NCBI RefSeq assembly: GCF_006345805.1
Contig: NC_042999.1
Span: 79,174,001-79,238,000 of the forward strand
DNA: 64,000 nt
Direction: 5' to 3'
Source of the DNA: Octopus sinensis
Taxonomy: Eukaryota
In this document: one piece after another, positions 39,436 through 53,661 of the stretch
Layout: each line of letters opens with the position of its first letter
Numbering within the stretch: the first letter of the stretch is position 1
Notes under the pieces: generated by a model
What the model was told of the DNA's origin: nothing
The model's database searches: none
The model's input: only the letters and a program-made list of their open reading frames with translations
Program-made: the position numbers and the translations under genes

Positions 39436-41521
39436 CCGTTCATGTTTTTATGAGGGTTCCAGATTTTGGCACGGCTTCGTCGAACTGAGTACCCGACTGG
39501 TCCTTGTTTAATTGTTTTTATTTAACCCTCGAGAACTTTGATCGAGCCATTCGACCTCCCTTTTTTTTTCCAGTCATGATGTGTCTAAGATTACATTATT
39601 CGAAGTAGATCTTATGTTTTAAAATATAAGTATCATATTTGAGAGAAATTTCGCTACTGATTCTTGACACTTGAGCAGACCATGTTTTTTCTCTGTTATT
39701 AACTCGTACAATACGAATTCTGAACAATGCAACTGAGAGAGCGTTGAGGTGTGTTTTTCATGCAAAATTCACATACTGTAAGGTCTGTATACAATAAAGT
39801 GAGATGAAAAACTTTGGTTAACTGAAATTACGCTTCCAGTCAGAAAACAAAGTTGCTCTCTAGGCTTGGTGAAAATCTGAAGTAGACGTGCAAAAGAGAT
39901 AACTAACAACTCCAGCTAATCTAAATTTATGGAAAATGAAGACGCTGCAGTTATAATGGATTTTGTCTTCAAAGCTAACCCGTGAAAGCGATGAATATGG
40001 TTGCTTTCTCCAAAAGGTCTTAAATAAAGGATGCACTCCCATTTATATACATTTTATTTTATTATATTAATTAATCAATAGTTCTTTCTTCAACTATATT
40101 ACATATGTGAAATCCTGCCGTGACACAGGGTTTAGTTTATGTATGGCTTTTGAGATAAAACATACGGTGGCGGTGCAGCATTATGCTGTGGTGCTAGAGT
40201 AATGTGATGTGAAGTGGAGCCCTGAAAAACGAAACGGGGTGGTGTAGAGCGTTGTGGTGTGGAAGTATCAATTTTCATCCAGCTTTTTTTTTAACGAGAC
40301 CCACTCAACTCCTTGTTTTCTCATCAACGTAAAATTTAAGAAAATGATGCGAATAAAATGGATTAAAATTTAAAGTAAAACTGCATTTTTGTGTGTGAGA
40401 GAGCGTATCTGTGTGTTTCTATATGTGCTTATGAGCGATAGGGTGAGTGAAGAAATAGACGTATACACACACATGTATATGTGTGTGTATGGCTGTGTTC
40501 ATCTATACGGATATGTGTGTGTGCGTATGTGTGTGTTTGCGCGTATGTATAGTCTTTTGATTCCCATGGGAGCATCTCCTGCCTACACATTTAACCGTTT
40601 TCGTAGGCATGCACACCACACACACACACAAAATAAATGTGCACCGCTATATATATACACGGTCGTATACACGCAATCACCTGTCATGCTTAATACCATT
40701 ATAAATCATTCCACCTATCCACAAATCATTCACAAAACATACATACATTCATGCACACACATACGCACACACACACACACACACACACATATGCATATAC
40801 ATAAATTCATTCCAATAAAGACATATACATGTGCAAATATGGAAACACACACAAACACAAATACATATTACATATACACACACACACTTACACACACTCA
40901 CACACATATATTTACAGACACACACAATCATATACACACACATACATGCACAAATATATACGCACGAGCTAAACCCTAAAACCCTATAACACCTTACTGC
41001 CTCTCGCCACCTCTCCCCTTCTATCTCTTTACCTTCTCTACTACCACTATTACTCTAACAAACCCGGACCCACCCCATCATCAGAGTTCTTTGTACCCAA
41101 CCTACTCACACATGTCAATCTTGATCCAACCACCACCACCATCAACACCATCAACACCATCACCACCACCACTATTACCGATACTGTACTGAATCTAAAA
41201 ATAAAATGAACCATTGATATAACACTTAGAAAAGTAAACAGATGTGAGTGGCTGGGCGGTATGAAGCGTGGCGAGTATTGGTGATGGTGGTGGTGGTGGT
41301 GGTGGTGGTGGTATTGGTAGTGGTCTTGATGTATTGGTAGCTTGTGGTGGTGAAAGGGATTTGGTGGAATTTGTGTTGGTGGTGTTGGAGGAATATTGGG
41401 GTGGGGGATGGATGTTGGCAGTGCAGAATGGTATTGGTAGCGAAGCTTGTGGTAGTGTTGGAGGTGGTGCTGATTCACAAGACTGTGATGGTGGTAGTAG
41501 TAGTAGTAGCAACAGTAGCAC

Positions 41522-41553
<32 letters not shown>

Positions 41554-42063
41554 ACAGCATCATCATCATCATCATCATGAGTAGTAGTAGTAATAGTAGT
41601 AGTAGTAGTAGTAACAACGTCATCATTATCATTATCAGCAGCAGTAGTAGTAGTAGTGGTGGGGGGGGAATGGAAAGTAATTTTCGTGATAATGTCGATA
41701 GTAGTAGTGATGATAGTTGCATGACCCGCACTCTCTCCATCCCTCCTTCCCTCGCACCTCTCCTTCCCTCCTCTCTCTCACACACATACACACAGAAATA
41801 ACCAATAGACACATATACACATCTGCTTTGTCATTAAAACTTCTGTATGACATTATTTATTTGAGTTAATCGTAGAATAATAAACAAAAACAGGGCACAG
41901 TAAATAATTTTAACAAATATATTTTTAAAAAAGCCCTCCAATAATGTATGCAATGAAAACAATAAACAAAATTATAACAATAATGGAAACCATTTCTTCA
42001 ATATCCTGTCCTCTTATGCCCTCTTTCCCCATCCATCTATTTAGCAATCTATCCATTTATTAG

Positions 42064-42127
<64 letters not shown>

Positions 42128-42354
42128 GTCTGTCTGTCTGCCTGTCTGCCTGTCTGCCTGTCTGTCTGTCTTTCTGCCTGTCTGCCTGTCTGCCTGTCTG
42201 TCTGTCTGTCTGTCTGATCTATGTCTTCTTTACTATCCAGCTCTCTGTGTGCATAAACCATAATCAGACACAAATATAAGCTCATAATCACACAGACACA
42301 ATTACACGTACATACACATACACGCAGAATAATATGGACGCACACACACACACA

Positions 42355-42385
<31 letters not shown>

Positions 42386-42864
42386 CGCACACGGGCGCGC
42401 ACACACAATTAGGCATAGATTCACACATACATGTACTCTCACACATACATGTATAGGCGTGGTCATCTTCATTTCCACCTCGTCAGTAAAGAAATGAACA
42501 TTGTCCGTTTCCTTCATCGTTCCCTCTTCCTGCTTTCACACCTTCTTCTCCTCCTCCTCATCATTATCCCCACCACTGCTACTACCAGCATTTTAGGAAG
42601 ACCTCATCAATTTCAAACTGGATTGAAATTTTAGTTTATTGACCTCGAACAATAACAGGCTAAGGCAAGCTTGGAATTTAGTCCAATGCTATACCTACAC
42701 TGCTTTTCAACGCAAAGTAGTAACAATAATTGCAAAAGCAACAACAGCAACAACAGCAACAACAACAACAACAACAATAATGACCAGTAAACAATTGACA
42801 CCTTAGTCTACTGTCTGTGGAAAGCTGACCCTTTCCATCATACCCAGCAAAATAAGCAGGTTTC

Positions 42865-42989
<125 letters not shown>

Positions 42990-43122
42990 ATCCTTTAAGC
43001 ACAAGGCCTAAAATTTTGGAGGATGGAGATAGTCAATTAAATCGACCCCAGTGTTCAACTGGTGCTGTTTTATCGACTCCGAAATGATAAAAGGCAAGGT
43101 CAACCTCGGCGGAATTAAGCTC
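42990..43122 (-). mobile_element. SINE family B (partial)
   Basis: gcacaaggcctaaaattttggagg...atcgaccccagtgttcaactgg...aaaggcaaggtcaacctcggcggaatt. Confidence 0.78.
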
Positions 43123-44281
43123 CAGTAATAATAATAATGACAGCAAGTACTCAACACCACAGTACATTATAAATTCACCTCACGCACCACACCGCACGGT
43201 ATAGTGCTACGCCACACTAGCATGTAATGCACTGTGCAACGACAGTTGGACTTCAAAAATACTTAGAAGCAAGTAAAGGGAAGCTGATTAATGTAGTACG
43301 GAAACGTAAAAGAATAGAGTAAGTGGAACAAGAACACACATGAAAACGAAAAATGTTGCTGAAGCGATCACAGATGTGTGACGAAAGATTTCCGGACAAT
43401 GGGCATGAGTTAAAAATAATAAAATAAGAACAGTAATAAACGAGTGAAGAAAGATACATATAGTGCGGGTGTTTATTTGGCAAAAAAAAAAATAGAAAAG
43501 ATCATCCTGAAATACAACGTTAAAAATAAAACTATTCTCTATACGAAAAGAAACAATGAGGTACAAAAGTCGAAATAGTGAAGAAAAAATGATTTAGACC
43601 AAAACAAAAGAACATAATCATTTTAAAGAATACAAAAAATCAAAAAGAATTCCAAAATATGTTAAAGAAAATAAAATGAAGAGAAAAACCACTCCATCGC
43701 CAATAAAACACAAGACTCAATAAAGAGGGCGTGAAACAAGGTAAAAGCCGACAATGGCTCACAAAACTCTGAGCTAAACGCAGAAACTCTGAGACTAATT
43801 CTGGTTTTATAAGACTAACGCTTAGCCACAAACTATGACAAAAATGAAATAATGGAAAATTTATTGACGTCAAGTACAATGTATGTAACCATCACAAATT
43901 GACAGTTCTCAATAACACCACTTGGTGTCCAATCCTTGTTAAATCTGAGAGAATAGGCAGTTGCGTACAGTAAGCAATATTCCAACACTTCGACGTTAAA
44001 ACAGTAAAAAGAAAACCTTTTAAACATGTAGCAAATACTATACTGATAATTACTTGACCATAGTTATATGCGACACGTCTATGTAAACCGACAAAGAAAT
44101 CAAGATAAATCATTCAGGAACATAATCAAAAATGAAACAGGACTGTCTGATAGGCATCGTGACCCTTTCCGATCAAAATATTACTAGAAATAAAGTGAAG
44201 AACCTGTAAAAGTAAAACGATTCTACAAGAGAAACAAAGCGAGTATGAAGCATGAAATTTAACACTACCAATAAGTGTGTC

Positions 44282-44490
44282 TTATTTAAGTACAAGGCTA
44301 GCAGTTTTGATGAGAAGGGTTTAGTCGATTAAATCAGCCTGAGTACTTGACTGATACTTTTTCTATCGAGCCCGAAAGGATGAAAGGCAAAGTTGACCTT
44401 AGCTCGACTTGAACTCAGAATGTAAAGAGTCGGTTCAAATACCGAAGCTATTTTAACAGACGCTCAAACGATTCTACTAATCTACTTCCT
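44282..44490 (-). mobile_element. SINE family B
   Basis: gtacaaggctagc...cccgaaaggatgaaaggcaaagttgacc...gaactcagaatgtaaag. Confidence 0.78.
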
Positions 44491-45065
44491 TCAAACCTCC
44501 AATACTAATCGGAGATAGTAGGCAAGTACAAAATCTAAAATTGCAAAACACGATGTAGCAGCTGGAATTTAGCATTTTAGCCATTTCTTCGATTTTACAT
44601 CTCACATTATCGTCCACCCCCAAATATTCATCGATTAATTCATCTATTAATTCATCGATCAATTCAAGTGTTTACCCTGCTATCATAATTTCTTGTCCAT
44701 CTTCTTTCTATTCGTTATCGTTCGTATCGTTCATGTGTTGTTTTATATGCAGCACTCATTTTCATTCCATATTTTCTTACAGTTGGATCATGACCTATTT
44801 TTCATTACATCTTATTGAAATAATAGAATCGACAAAACGGAAGAGAATGATTTCTCTTCATACTACTTTAACATTTACTTCAAAAGACTTTTAAAGTTTC
44901 TGTCATTATAGATCCCGAAATCCCTTTGAAAATATTTGGTAAACAATACCTTATCTGACATTAACTGTTAATTTAAATCTGTGAAAGACCAACTATAATT
45001 AAACATTTCGTATCTTTAAATAAAGATTTGTTAAAATTTACTACTGGTTTTAAGATAGTGTGCAG

Positions 45066-45262
45066 GTAAAATCATTAGCACACCGGGAAAAATGCTTAGC
45101 AGTATTTCGTCCGTCTTTACGTTCTGAATTCAAATTTCAAGGTCGACTTTGCCTTTCATCCTTTCGAGGTCGATATAAGTATAAATTATCGCTAGGGTCG
45201 ACGTAATCATCTTACTCGTCTCCCCTGAATTTACTGGCCTTTTGCCAAAATTTGAAACCAAT
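45066..45262 (+). mobile_element. SINE family B, opposite orientation
   Basis: ttagcacaccggg...tacgttctgaattcaaatt...gtcgactttgcctttcatcctttcgaggtcga...tttgccaaaatttgaaacc. Confidence 0.8.
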
Positions 45263-46536
45263 GTTTACTACTGATAAGCTGTTGAACTTTCTAACGAATT
45301 TGCTATGGTGGAAATTTACTCTATAGTTGCTCTCTGATGAAGCTGTCTGATGAAGCACGAGGAAACTCGAAAGTACCCGCTTATGACTTAAGACAAATTA
45401 ATTAATTATACTTAACTACTACTTGTAGTAAATATCTTCGCTTCTGCTTGTTACTACCAACTTGTACGTATGCATCCGTGCATGCATACATGCCCGTAGG
45501 CTTATATGTTTGTATGTATGTGCTGTGTGTGCATGTGTCTGTGTGCATTCACGTGCGTATAAGCATCTAGAGACAAAATCAAATCAGAACAGAAAAGATT
45601 AGAAAGTAAATAGAATCAAAGGTGATCAGCTTTGTATCTCTTTTACACTCTCACTCTCTATTTCTCGTATCTCCACGTTACACAAGAACACACACTCTTT
45701 GTCTCACCGCTCCCATTCTCTCTCTCACACGCACACACGCACGCACACACACTATTAAGCATATTTAAAGTAATTGACAGGCACCATTACTTCATTCCCC
45801 CTTGTATATCAATCATCAATATTCCATTATCCAAACTGTGACTTCAGGCGCCATTAACACTTGCAACCATTTCCAAGCAGACTCTTCGATTCATTTATCA
45901 CTTTATCACATCTTCTTATATTATATCATTCCATATTATATTATATGATATTACACTATATTGAATTACACGCTTGCTATCTAAATTTTATATCATTTTA
46001 ATATTATACTATGTTGTTTACATAATTAAATTTTCTCTTTGCGTCTTTATATAATTTTCGTTAATAGTATTGAGTGATTTTTCTGAATATGCAACAAAAT
46101 TTGTAATCAATCGAAAACACAGTGTATAAAACAGTTACAACGTATATAATCTTCGACAATCTCTCCCCTCCTTCTCTCACTCTTTCACTCTTTACACACA
46201 CGAATACACATAAATAGAGACAAGGAAAGGAGCATTTGTATATACGTATCGTATAATACATTGGTATTTTAATTTGCAGTAAATAAATTGGATTTATAGG
46301 TTTACGACCTTCATGCATAAAAGCAAACGCTTATCATACACGCATAATTACAAATACAGGTACATACAAGCACTCACAGACACACACACATACATACACA
46401 CACACATTGATACGTGCAGACAAACATATAATTACCTACATGCATAAATACTTGCATACAAACATACATGCATTTATTTATACACATATACGCACATTAT
46501 ATTTAATCATACATACAAATATGTGTGTGAGTGTGA

Positions 46537-46582
<46 letters not shown>

Positions 46583-47353
46583 ATGAGCATAATACCAATA
46601 CTGATTAAGGTGATGATCATGATGAAGTTATTAACGATGAAGATGATAATCGCAAATCATCTTCACTATCGTTATTCTTCAAGCCGTTCTCACCATCGTT
46701 ATCTTCACCATCATTGCCACTATTATCAGCATCATTAGCATCGTCATCATCATTGGAAATAAGAAAAAACAAAATCCACAGCATCAATAACACCAGCGCC
46801 AGCACCAGCACCGCTACCCCCACCACCACCACCATCATCATCACCACCACCACCAGCAACAATGAGGAAGACAACAAAGACGGAGACAGGCCAGCAGAAG
46901 CACTACTCCATACCAAAATCATTAGTAACAATGAAGACTCATCAAGAAATATGGCTGTGGGTGTATGTGTGTGGGTGGGGTATATGGGTGTGTTAGTGTC
47001 GGAAAAAACAACAGGTACACATCAATACAAGATGGTAAACAACAACAACAACAACAACAGCAGCAGCAGCAGCAGCAGCAGTAGCAACTACAATCGAAGC
47101 AACGACAGCAGTAATGGTGGCAAGATACATGAAGAGCCACAATGAACAATAAATAGATTCACTTATCTTATTATCAATCTTTAAAACATAAAGCTATACG
47201 AATACTCTTGCGAAAAATAAAAGCAGAAAATAAGATTATGCATCCATACAAACATATACGTATATGCATGTGTGTATACACATACGTACGTACTTGCATA
47301 AACACATATATTTCATATGTTTATAAGTGTGTATATATATATTTATATGTATG

Positions 47354-47451
<98 letters not shown>

Positions 47452-48412
47452 ATATATATATACATATTTGTGTGTGTATACACGTATATACACGGACATA
47501 CATATCACGCTCAAATCAGCCTCAGCAATTTCAATACAGTTTATTTATCGAAATATACAATTTTATTGTTGTTTTTCTCTTTCTTTTAATGGCGGTTGTT
47601 GCTGTAGTTGCCATTTTCTAGTGCATATTTGTATGTGCTGATGCGCGCTTGAGAGTGAGAGAACGTGCGTATATGTGTGTGTATGTTTGTTTGTGTGTGT
47701 TTCTATTTGTTTGTGTATGTATGTGTCTTATTGCGTATTCTTTTATACGAGAAATGATAATTACCAGTTTAAGAATACGCTCGGCAAAAGCGATGTGGAG
47801 GTGGTATGCAGGATAGTGTTTTTATGTTTACCAAAATAAATTTTGAAATCTTTGTTGGATAATCAAATGCTAAATTAAATCATGTGCATTGTTTCTTAAT
47901 TGGTAACGTGAGCATTGTGTGTATGAATATATGAGCGTATATGTGACTATGCGTGTGCGTGTGTGTAAATCTATGTAGTATCTATGTATGTAGATATATA
48001 AAGTTGAGTGTGTGTGAACATATGTGTGGTTCTATACGTAGAATGTGTATACGTCTTTTTAAATTTATTAACTTCAAATTCTTCGTAGAAGTACAGAACC
48101 GATTCCTAATAAGATAAATATGCTTCTGCCACTTGGAATTTCAGATAGCAACAACTGTTGCTGAGAGCCAAAAATACTGAATATCAAGAAACTCTCGCAA
48201 ATGGTTACTCTTCCATCAACCGGGATATATACACAAGCACAGGTATATACATTTAGATCTATATGTACAGAGTCAGATATATTTACACACACACAAACAC
48301 ACACACACACCAGTATAAATTTTAGTTTCTACGTATGTTTCACCAATCACATTGAGCTCTACGTCGTATATGTAACTGCACACAGAAGATATATAGTCAC
48401 ACACACACACAT

Positions 48413-48483
<71 letters not shown>

Positions 48484-48869
48484 CACATTTGTGTGTGTGT
48501 GTTTGTGTCTTAGTAAGAAACAGATTGTTATGTTCGTTAGCTGAAGTCACTATCAACATTTTCCTTGTTAAAATAAATGAGACACGTTATTCACAAATAT
48601 TAACCATCTCTTCAGTTGATGCATTAACCTAGCACAAAAAGCGTATTAGCACAGGCATGACTGTTTTGGGGAGGTATTTATTGGGACGTTAGCTGCGTGT
48701 AGCATAAAATACGGTATGAACATGAACCGGAGGCTGCGATGGACAATAAAATTATAGGATTTTTCCATAAAGATTGATCACTCTTTTGAAGCAAGACCGA
48801 TATGATTATAGAGGACAAAAGAAACAGACTGTGTAACATCATAGATTTTAGATTTTGCAATATTATATT

Positions 48870-49090
48870 ATAACGGAATGGATACTAAAGAATTTGAGAA
48901 AATGGAGATATATCAGGACTAGACAGAAAAGCGAAGACTAAACTGACAAACGTTCCTGTGGTAATTGGTGCACTTGGCACAACACACAAACTGCTTCCTA
49001 AGAGACTGAAGGATATTAGGTTCGATTCTCGCATTGTTGACCTTCAGAAAAGAGCAATCATGTATTCTGCAAGAATCCTTAGTAAGATTC
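48870..49090 (+). mobile_element. R4/Dong-like LINE C-terminal restriction-like endonuclease fragment
   Basis: KEFEKMEIYQD...VPVVIGALGTTHKLLPKRLKDI...DLQKRAIMYSARILSKI matches the VPVVIGALG...LQK..L..TARILRK signature. Confidence 0.75.
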
Positions 49091-49097
49091 GTGTTAT

Positions 49098-49263
49098 GCG
49101 GGCGCCGGCGTTGTTGTGTGGTAAGAGGCTTGCTTCTGAACTACATGGTTCAGGGTTCAGTCCCACTGCGTAGCACCTTGGGCAAGTGTCTTCTCTTGTA
49201 GCCTTGGGCTGACCAAACCCATTTGAGTGAATTTGGTGGACAGAATCTCAAAGAAGACCGCCA

Positions 49264-49346
<83 letters not shown>

Positions 49347-49478
49347 TTGTCTGTCTGTCTGTCTGTCTGTGTCTGTCTGTCTTTGTCCCTTACTACCGTT
49401 TGACAACCGGTGCTGGTGTGTTTACGTCCCCGTTACTTAGCGGTTCGACAAAATAGACCGACACAATAAGTACCAGTG
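49098..49478 (+). mobile_element. SINE family C with internal (ATCT)n/(GTCT)n expansion
   Basis: The head matches 35145, followed by a microsatellite at 49263-49380 and then the tail gacaaccggtgctggtgtgtttacgtccccgt.acttagcggttcg. Confidence 0.8.
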
Positions 49479-49504
49479 AAAGTAAATAATGATGATAATT
49501 TAAA

Positions 49505-49677
49505 TTTTCGCACAAAGTCATCAAGTTCGGAGGAGGAGGTAAGTCGATTACATCGATCCCAGTATTAAACTGGCACTTATATTATCGACCCCGAAAGGAT
49601 GTAAGGCAAAGTCGACCTCGGTGGAATTCGAACCCAGAACGTAAAGACGAGAGAAATGTCGCTAAGCATTTTCCCCG
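49505..49677 (-). mobile_element. SINE family B
   Basis: gtcgattacatcgatcccagt...cccgaaaggatgtaaggcaaagtcgacctcggtggaattcgaacccagaacgtaaag. Confidence 0.82.
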
Positions 49678-49679
49678 GC

Positions 49680-49736
<57 letters not shown>

Positions 49737-50416
49737 TAATTGATAACTACGATTGTAATAAACTCAAAACTATCGCAACTTCTCTCACACCATAAAATAC
49801 CATCGAATAGTAGCACCATAAATATCAACAACTCTAATACAGCACAACTCTAACACTATACATCAATGACGGCTAAACAAGCAGAAGGAAAATCGTTAGC
49901 AATAGCCTCTAACATAGCTCAACGTCATTAATACCATCATTACTACAAACACTGTTCTCTTGTCTCACAGACACACACACACTCAATCACGCACATCCAC
50001 ACAAACGGACACACACAATTTCTCTCTCCCTCCCCTTCTCTCCCTCTGTTTCTCTGACTCTTGTATTTAATGCAAACAGAACATAAAGACAGACTGTATG
50101 TGTGAGTGTGTGTATACATATATATATATATATAAATCGCACACAGCACACATAACAGACATCACACGAAAATGCCATCACTGCATGGATTAGATGTTAC
50201 ACCTGACTTTCGCAGAATTCCACAGGTTCTTTCTTGTTGGCAGACAATTCACCGTTAATATCCTCCAATGATGATAATAATAATAACAATAATAATAATA
50301 ATAATGATAATAATAATAATAATAATAATAATATAATAATAATAATAATAATAATAATGAATGATAATAATAATAATAATAATAATAATAATATAATAAT
50401 AATAATAATAATAATT

Positions 50417-50973
50417 AAATGCCCTGATGCAGTACCAGACAGTGGCTCTCATGGCTTCTGATCTTAACTGATTGGAAGTGTTATCATGTACATTGTTTTG
50501 TCTTGGTATAAAAGATGGGCTACAGCAAATATTCTGCTCAATACCACAGATTTGCTTGTCAGTTGTTTGACCGTAACCAGTTGAGCATGTCCCTTAGTGG
50601 CTGACGATATGTGCATCTCTGATCACGAGCAGAAGTAGTGGGGGAGCATCATAGCCATGTGTTGAGAGGGATTCTTTGGGGTTTGAATAGTTCACCTCTG
50701 GAAACATGGGTGGTTCTTTCAACATCCTTAAACGACCCTTATTCAGGGACCTTTTGAGCGGGATGGGCTACTCAACCTGAAGAAGATTCTAACTGGGCCC
50801 CACCTGCAAGGTCATGTGCTGTTTATCTTGATATGAGATCACCATGTCGCGCACATATGGTTGTGATGCATGTGCCTGGTGTACCCTTATCAGACGGGTA
50901 GTCATGATGGGTATATTGGGCTTCGTATATTTTACCCCAGTGTCACTTTGATGGCATGCACTGCTCTTTCACT
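50417..50973 (+). mobile_element. ~550-bp interspersed repeat (family D) ending in an (AAT)n tail; probable LINE 3' UTR or SINE
   Basis: Segment 50686-50812 is the reverse complement of 9123-9247. It ends in (aat)n(agt)n(aag)n. Confidence 0.65.
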
Positions 50974-51013
50974 CAATAATAATAATAATAATAATAATGA
51001 TAATAAATAATAA

Positions 51014-51069
<56 letters not shown>

Positions 51070-51070
51070 A

Positions 51071-51108
<38 letters not shown>

Positions 51109-51127
51109 ATAGTACTACTACTACTAC

Positions 51128-51158
<31 letters not shown>

Positions 51159-51215
51159 AAGAAGAAGAAGAAGAAGAAGAAGAAGAAGAAGAAGAAGAAG
51201 AAAGAGAAGAAGACT
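50974..51215. repeat. Compound (AAT)n(AGT)n(ACT)n(AAG)n microsatellite; representative of many TA, CA, GATA, TATG and triplet tracts across the window
   Basis: Directly visible. Other large tracts are at 8113-8200, 19053-19215, 25620-25725, 33345-33458, 42061-42215, 42868-42990, 52340-52437 and 54565-54642. Confidence 0.97.
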
Positions 51216-51346
51216 TGAATACACGAAAAATCCAAAGAGCTACCGACCATTAACACGTCTCAACACCACCCACAAGATCCTTACATCGAAAATACATTTT
51301 CCTTGAACAGAATTCTATCCTCCCACAAGCTCAAAAAAGTTGTAAA

Positions 51347-51480
51347 ATGATTTTAGAGAAATGCCGGAGCAAGAAGAACCTGAGTATGGCATGGATAGAC
51401 TACATGAAAGTCTTTGATAGTGCCCCACATAATTGGCTACTCAAGGCCCTTGAGATATATATGATCTCTCTTGTCGCCTC
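51347..51480 (+). mobile_element. R4/Dong-like LINE reverse transcriptase fragment
   Basis: ILEKCRSKKNLSMAWIDYMKVFDSAPHNWLLKALEIY matches the LSMAWIDYKKAFDSVPHSW RT motif. Confidence 0.78.
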
Positions 51481-51598
51481 CAAATTCTTACATGATAGCA
51501 TGTTAGTATTCCACTTGGCCATGCTATCTTGTAAGAACACTGGGGTGTAGCAGGTGATGAAGTAGAGATTTGCCTCAAACTACCAAATTCTGAAAACC

Positions 51599-51645
<47 letters not shown>

Positions 51646-52346
51646 TTTATGGTGATAATGAAAAGGAAGGGAAAGAAATAACAAGACCATTGGACAGCAT
51701 ATCAACCATCAATCTCACCCAAAGAATCGTCATACCAAGAAACCACTAAACCCATTAAGGTACCCAACCACTACCACTGACACTGCCAACAACTTCAAAC
51801 TATGATCTTTTAAACTCAGACCTTCCTGAACCCTAAACCATAACCGACACCACGGCATTACCACTACCTCCTTACCACCACCATATAGATATACATATGT
51901 ATGTATGTGCACACACATCGTTGTACATCAACATCCATTCCTGAGCTACCCAGTAGCACGACCACCACCACCACTAACTCAACCAACCACTGTTTATTTA
52001 CTCATGTCTGTCTCTTTACCCAACACAGTTCGATATTTCACCTGAAGAACACGAACGAACATTCCAACACCATCACCACCCCACCTCTACCAGCACTTCT
52101 ACCACCACTTCAAACACCTTCAACATTGCTTTCTCCATCTCCACCTTTTCCGCATTCGCTTATTTGTTCAATATTATTGTTGTTGTTGTTGTGGTTGTTT
52201 TTTTTCTTTGTTTTCCTCCCAGTCTCTCTTTTGTTTTACTTTATCTTTTATGTAAATATATTTCCTTCTTTCATTTTTAATCTTCAACTTTATTTGCCCC
52301 GCTCTTCAGGTTTGCGCTTCCGTACCTCCATCCGCCTACACACACA

Positions 52347-52420
<74 letters not shown>

Positions 52421-53296
52421 ACACACACACACACACATTCTCCAGTGACGAGTGATAGCAACACCTTTAACACTTTAGAAATTGTGCTACTAATGCAGGT
52501 TCAGTTCCTGGCTAAAAGGTTTTAGTAAATTTCGTTTAATTTCAGTTTATAGTCGTATTTCATTGTATTCCATTTATCGTATGTTATATACGCACCACTT
52601 TTGTTTATTCATTTAAAATGCTACTTTTAATATATAATATAATCATATTAAATACAAAGAATTTTAAAGAGTTAAAGTGTTATTAACTTTACTTCTATTT
52701 TCATTTTCAGAGAAAATAGGTGTTATATTTAGTGGTTTTTAATTAGGCGAATTATTGAAATTTAGATTGCTTATCTCAGCGGAATCTTAATAAATAATGC
52801 TTTATAGTTTTAATCAAAAAGTATTTATTTAAAAAAATGTATTTCACATTCTGCAAACTCAATTTGCGTATTGAACAATACTTATATTTCCTGGGATGAT
52901 TTCTCCATAAAAAATGTTCCTCGTCAATTGTTCCCACCGTTACGGTGTTTCTAGCTAATTTAAAGAACTTTGGTTGCTATTTCTAGCAGGCTAAAAAGCA
53001 TATAATCGCTCTTATGTTTGTGAATATATGTGTTTATGGCTATTAATGTTTTTAGCAGACGATGAATGTCAAAGAGAATTTTCATCACAAATATGTTATT
53101 CAAAGTATTAACGTAACATTTCCGTGAAATATCTTAGGAAAATCGTCTTCATGCATAAACAAAGTGGTAAATGATAAGTTTCAGTGAATTATTTTTATTC
53201 GCGATGAGGAATGTTCCCATTACTGTTTGCCTGATTTTACAGTTGTTTTATATCAAGAAATATTCTAGTAGAATATATATGCATATACGTGTATAC

Positions 53297-53327
<31 letters not shown>

Positions 53328-53329
53328 TG

Positions 53330-53360
<31 letters not shown>

Positions 53361-53523
53361 GTATGTATGTATGTATGTATGTATGTATATATGTATGTAT
53401 GTATGTATATATATATATAAATTTAATCCAAACATGAAAACACAAAGAGAAAACACAACAACGCGAGGACGTGGAACAAGTATAGTGTTATTGGACGCTC
53501 AGAAAAGGAAAGAAAGAAGGAGG

Positions 53524-53558
53524 ACTTAACGTTTCGAGCGGAGCTCTTCGTCAGAAAC
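53524..53558 (-). ncRNA. Minimal hammerhead motif in a Penelope-like terminus (element ~53436-53616)
   Basis: Minus strand reads GUUU | CUGACGA | A | GAGC UCC GCUC | GAAA CGU | U | AAGU. The core is intact, stem II is 4/4, stem I is 4 bp with two G-U pairs, and stem III is the palindrome ACGU. Confidence 0.62.
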
Positions 53559-53629
53559 ATAGGAAAAGAAAAGATCCAAGGAAGGGAAGACGGAGGACCA
53601 AAAAAAATCGCCGACAATACACACACACC

Positions 53630-53661
<32 letters not shown>

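Noticed and set aside
41050-41853. ORFs of 142-205 aa rich in G, S, P, H and L
   Set aside because: They are built from GGT/AGT/CAT triplet tracts, are open on both strands, have no recognisable domain and have no convincing splice sites.
45334-45380. ctgatgaagctgtctgatgaagcacgaggaaactcgaaagtacc, hammerhead-like
   Set aside because: It has CUGAUGA, a GAG-GAAA-CUC hairpin and GAAA, but there are five extra nucleotides before stem II, no U16.1 and no stem I. It is at most a very decayed relic.
46523-47149. 143-aa T/N/S-rich ORF and overlapping ORFs
   Set aside because: Low-complexity CAC/CAG/CAA tracts with no domain.
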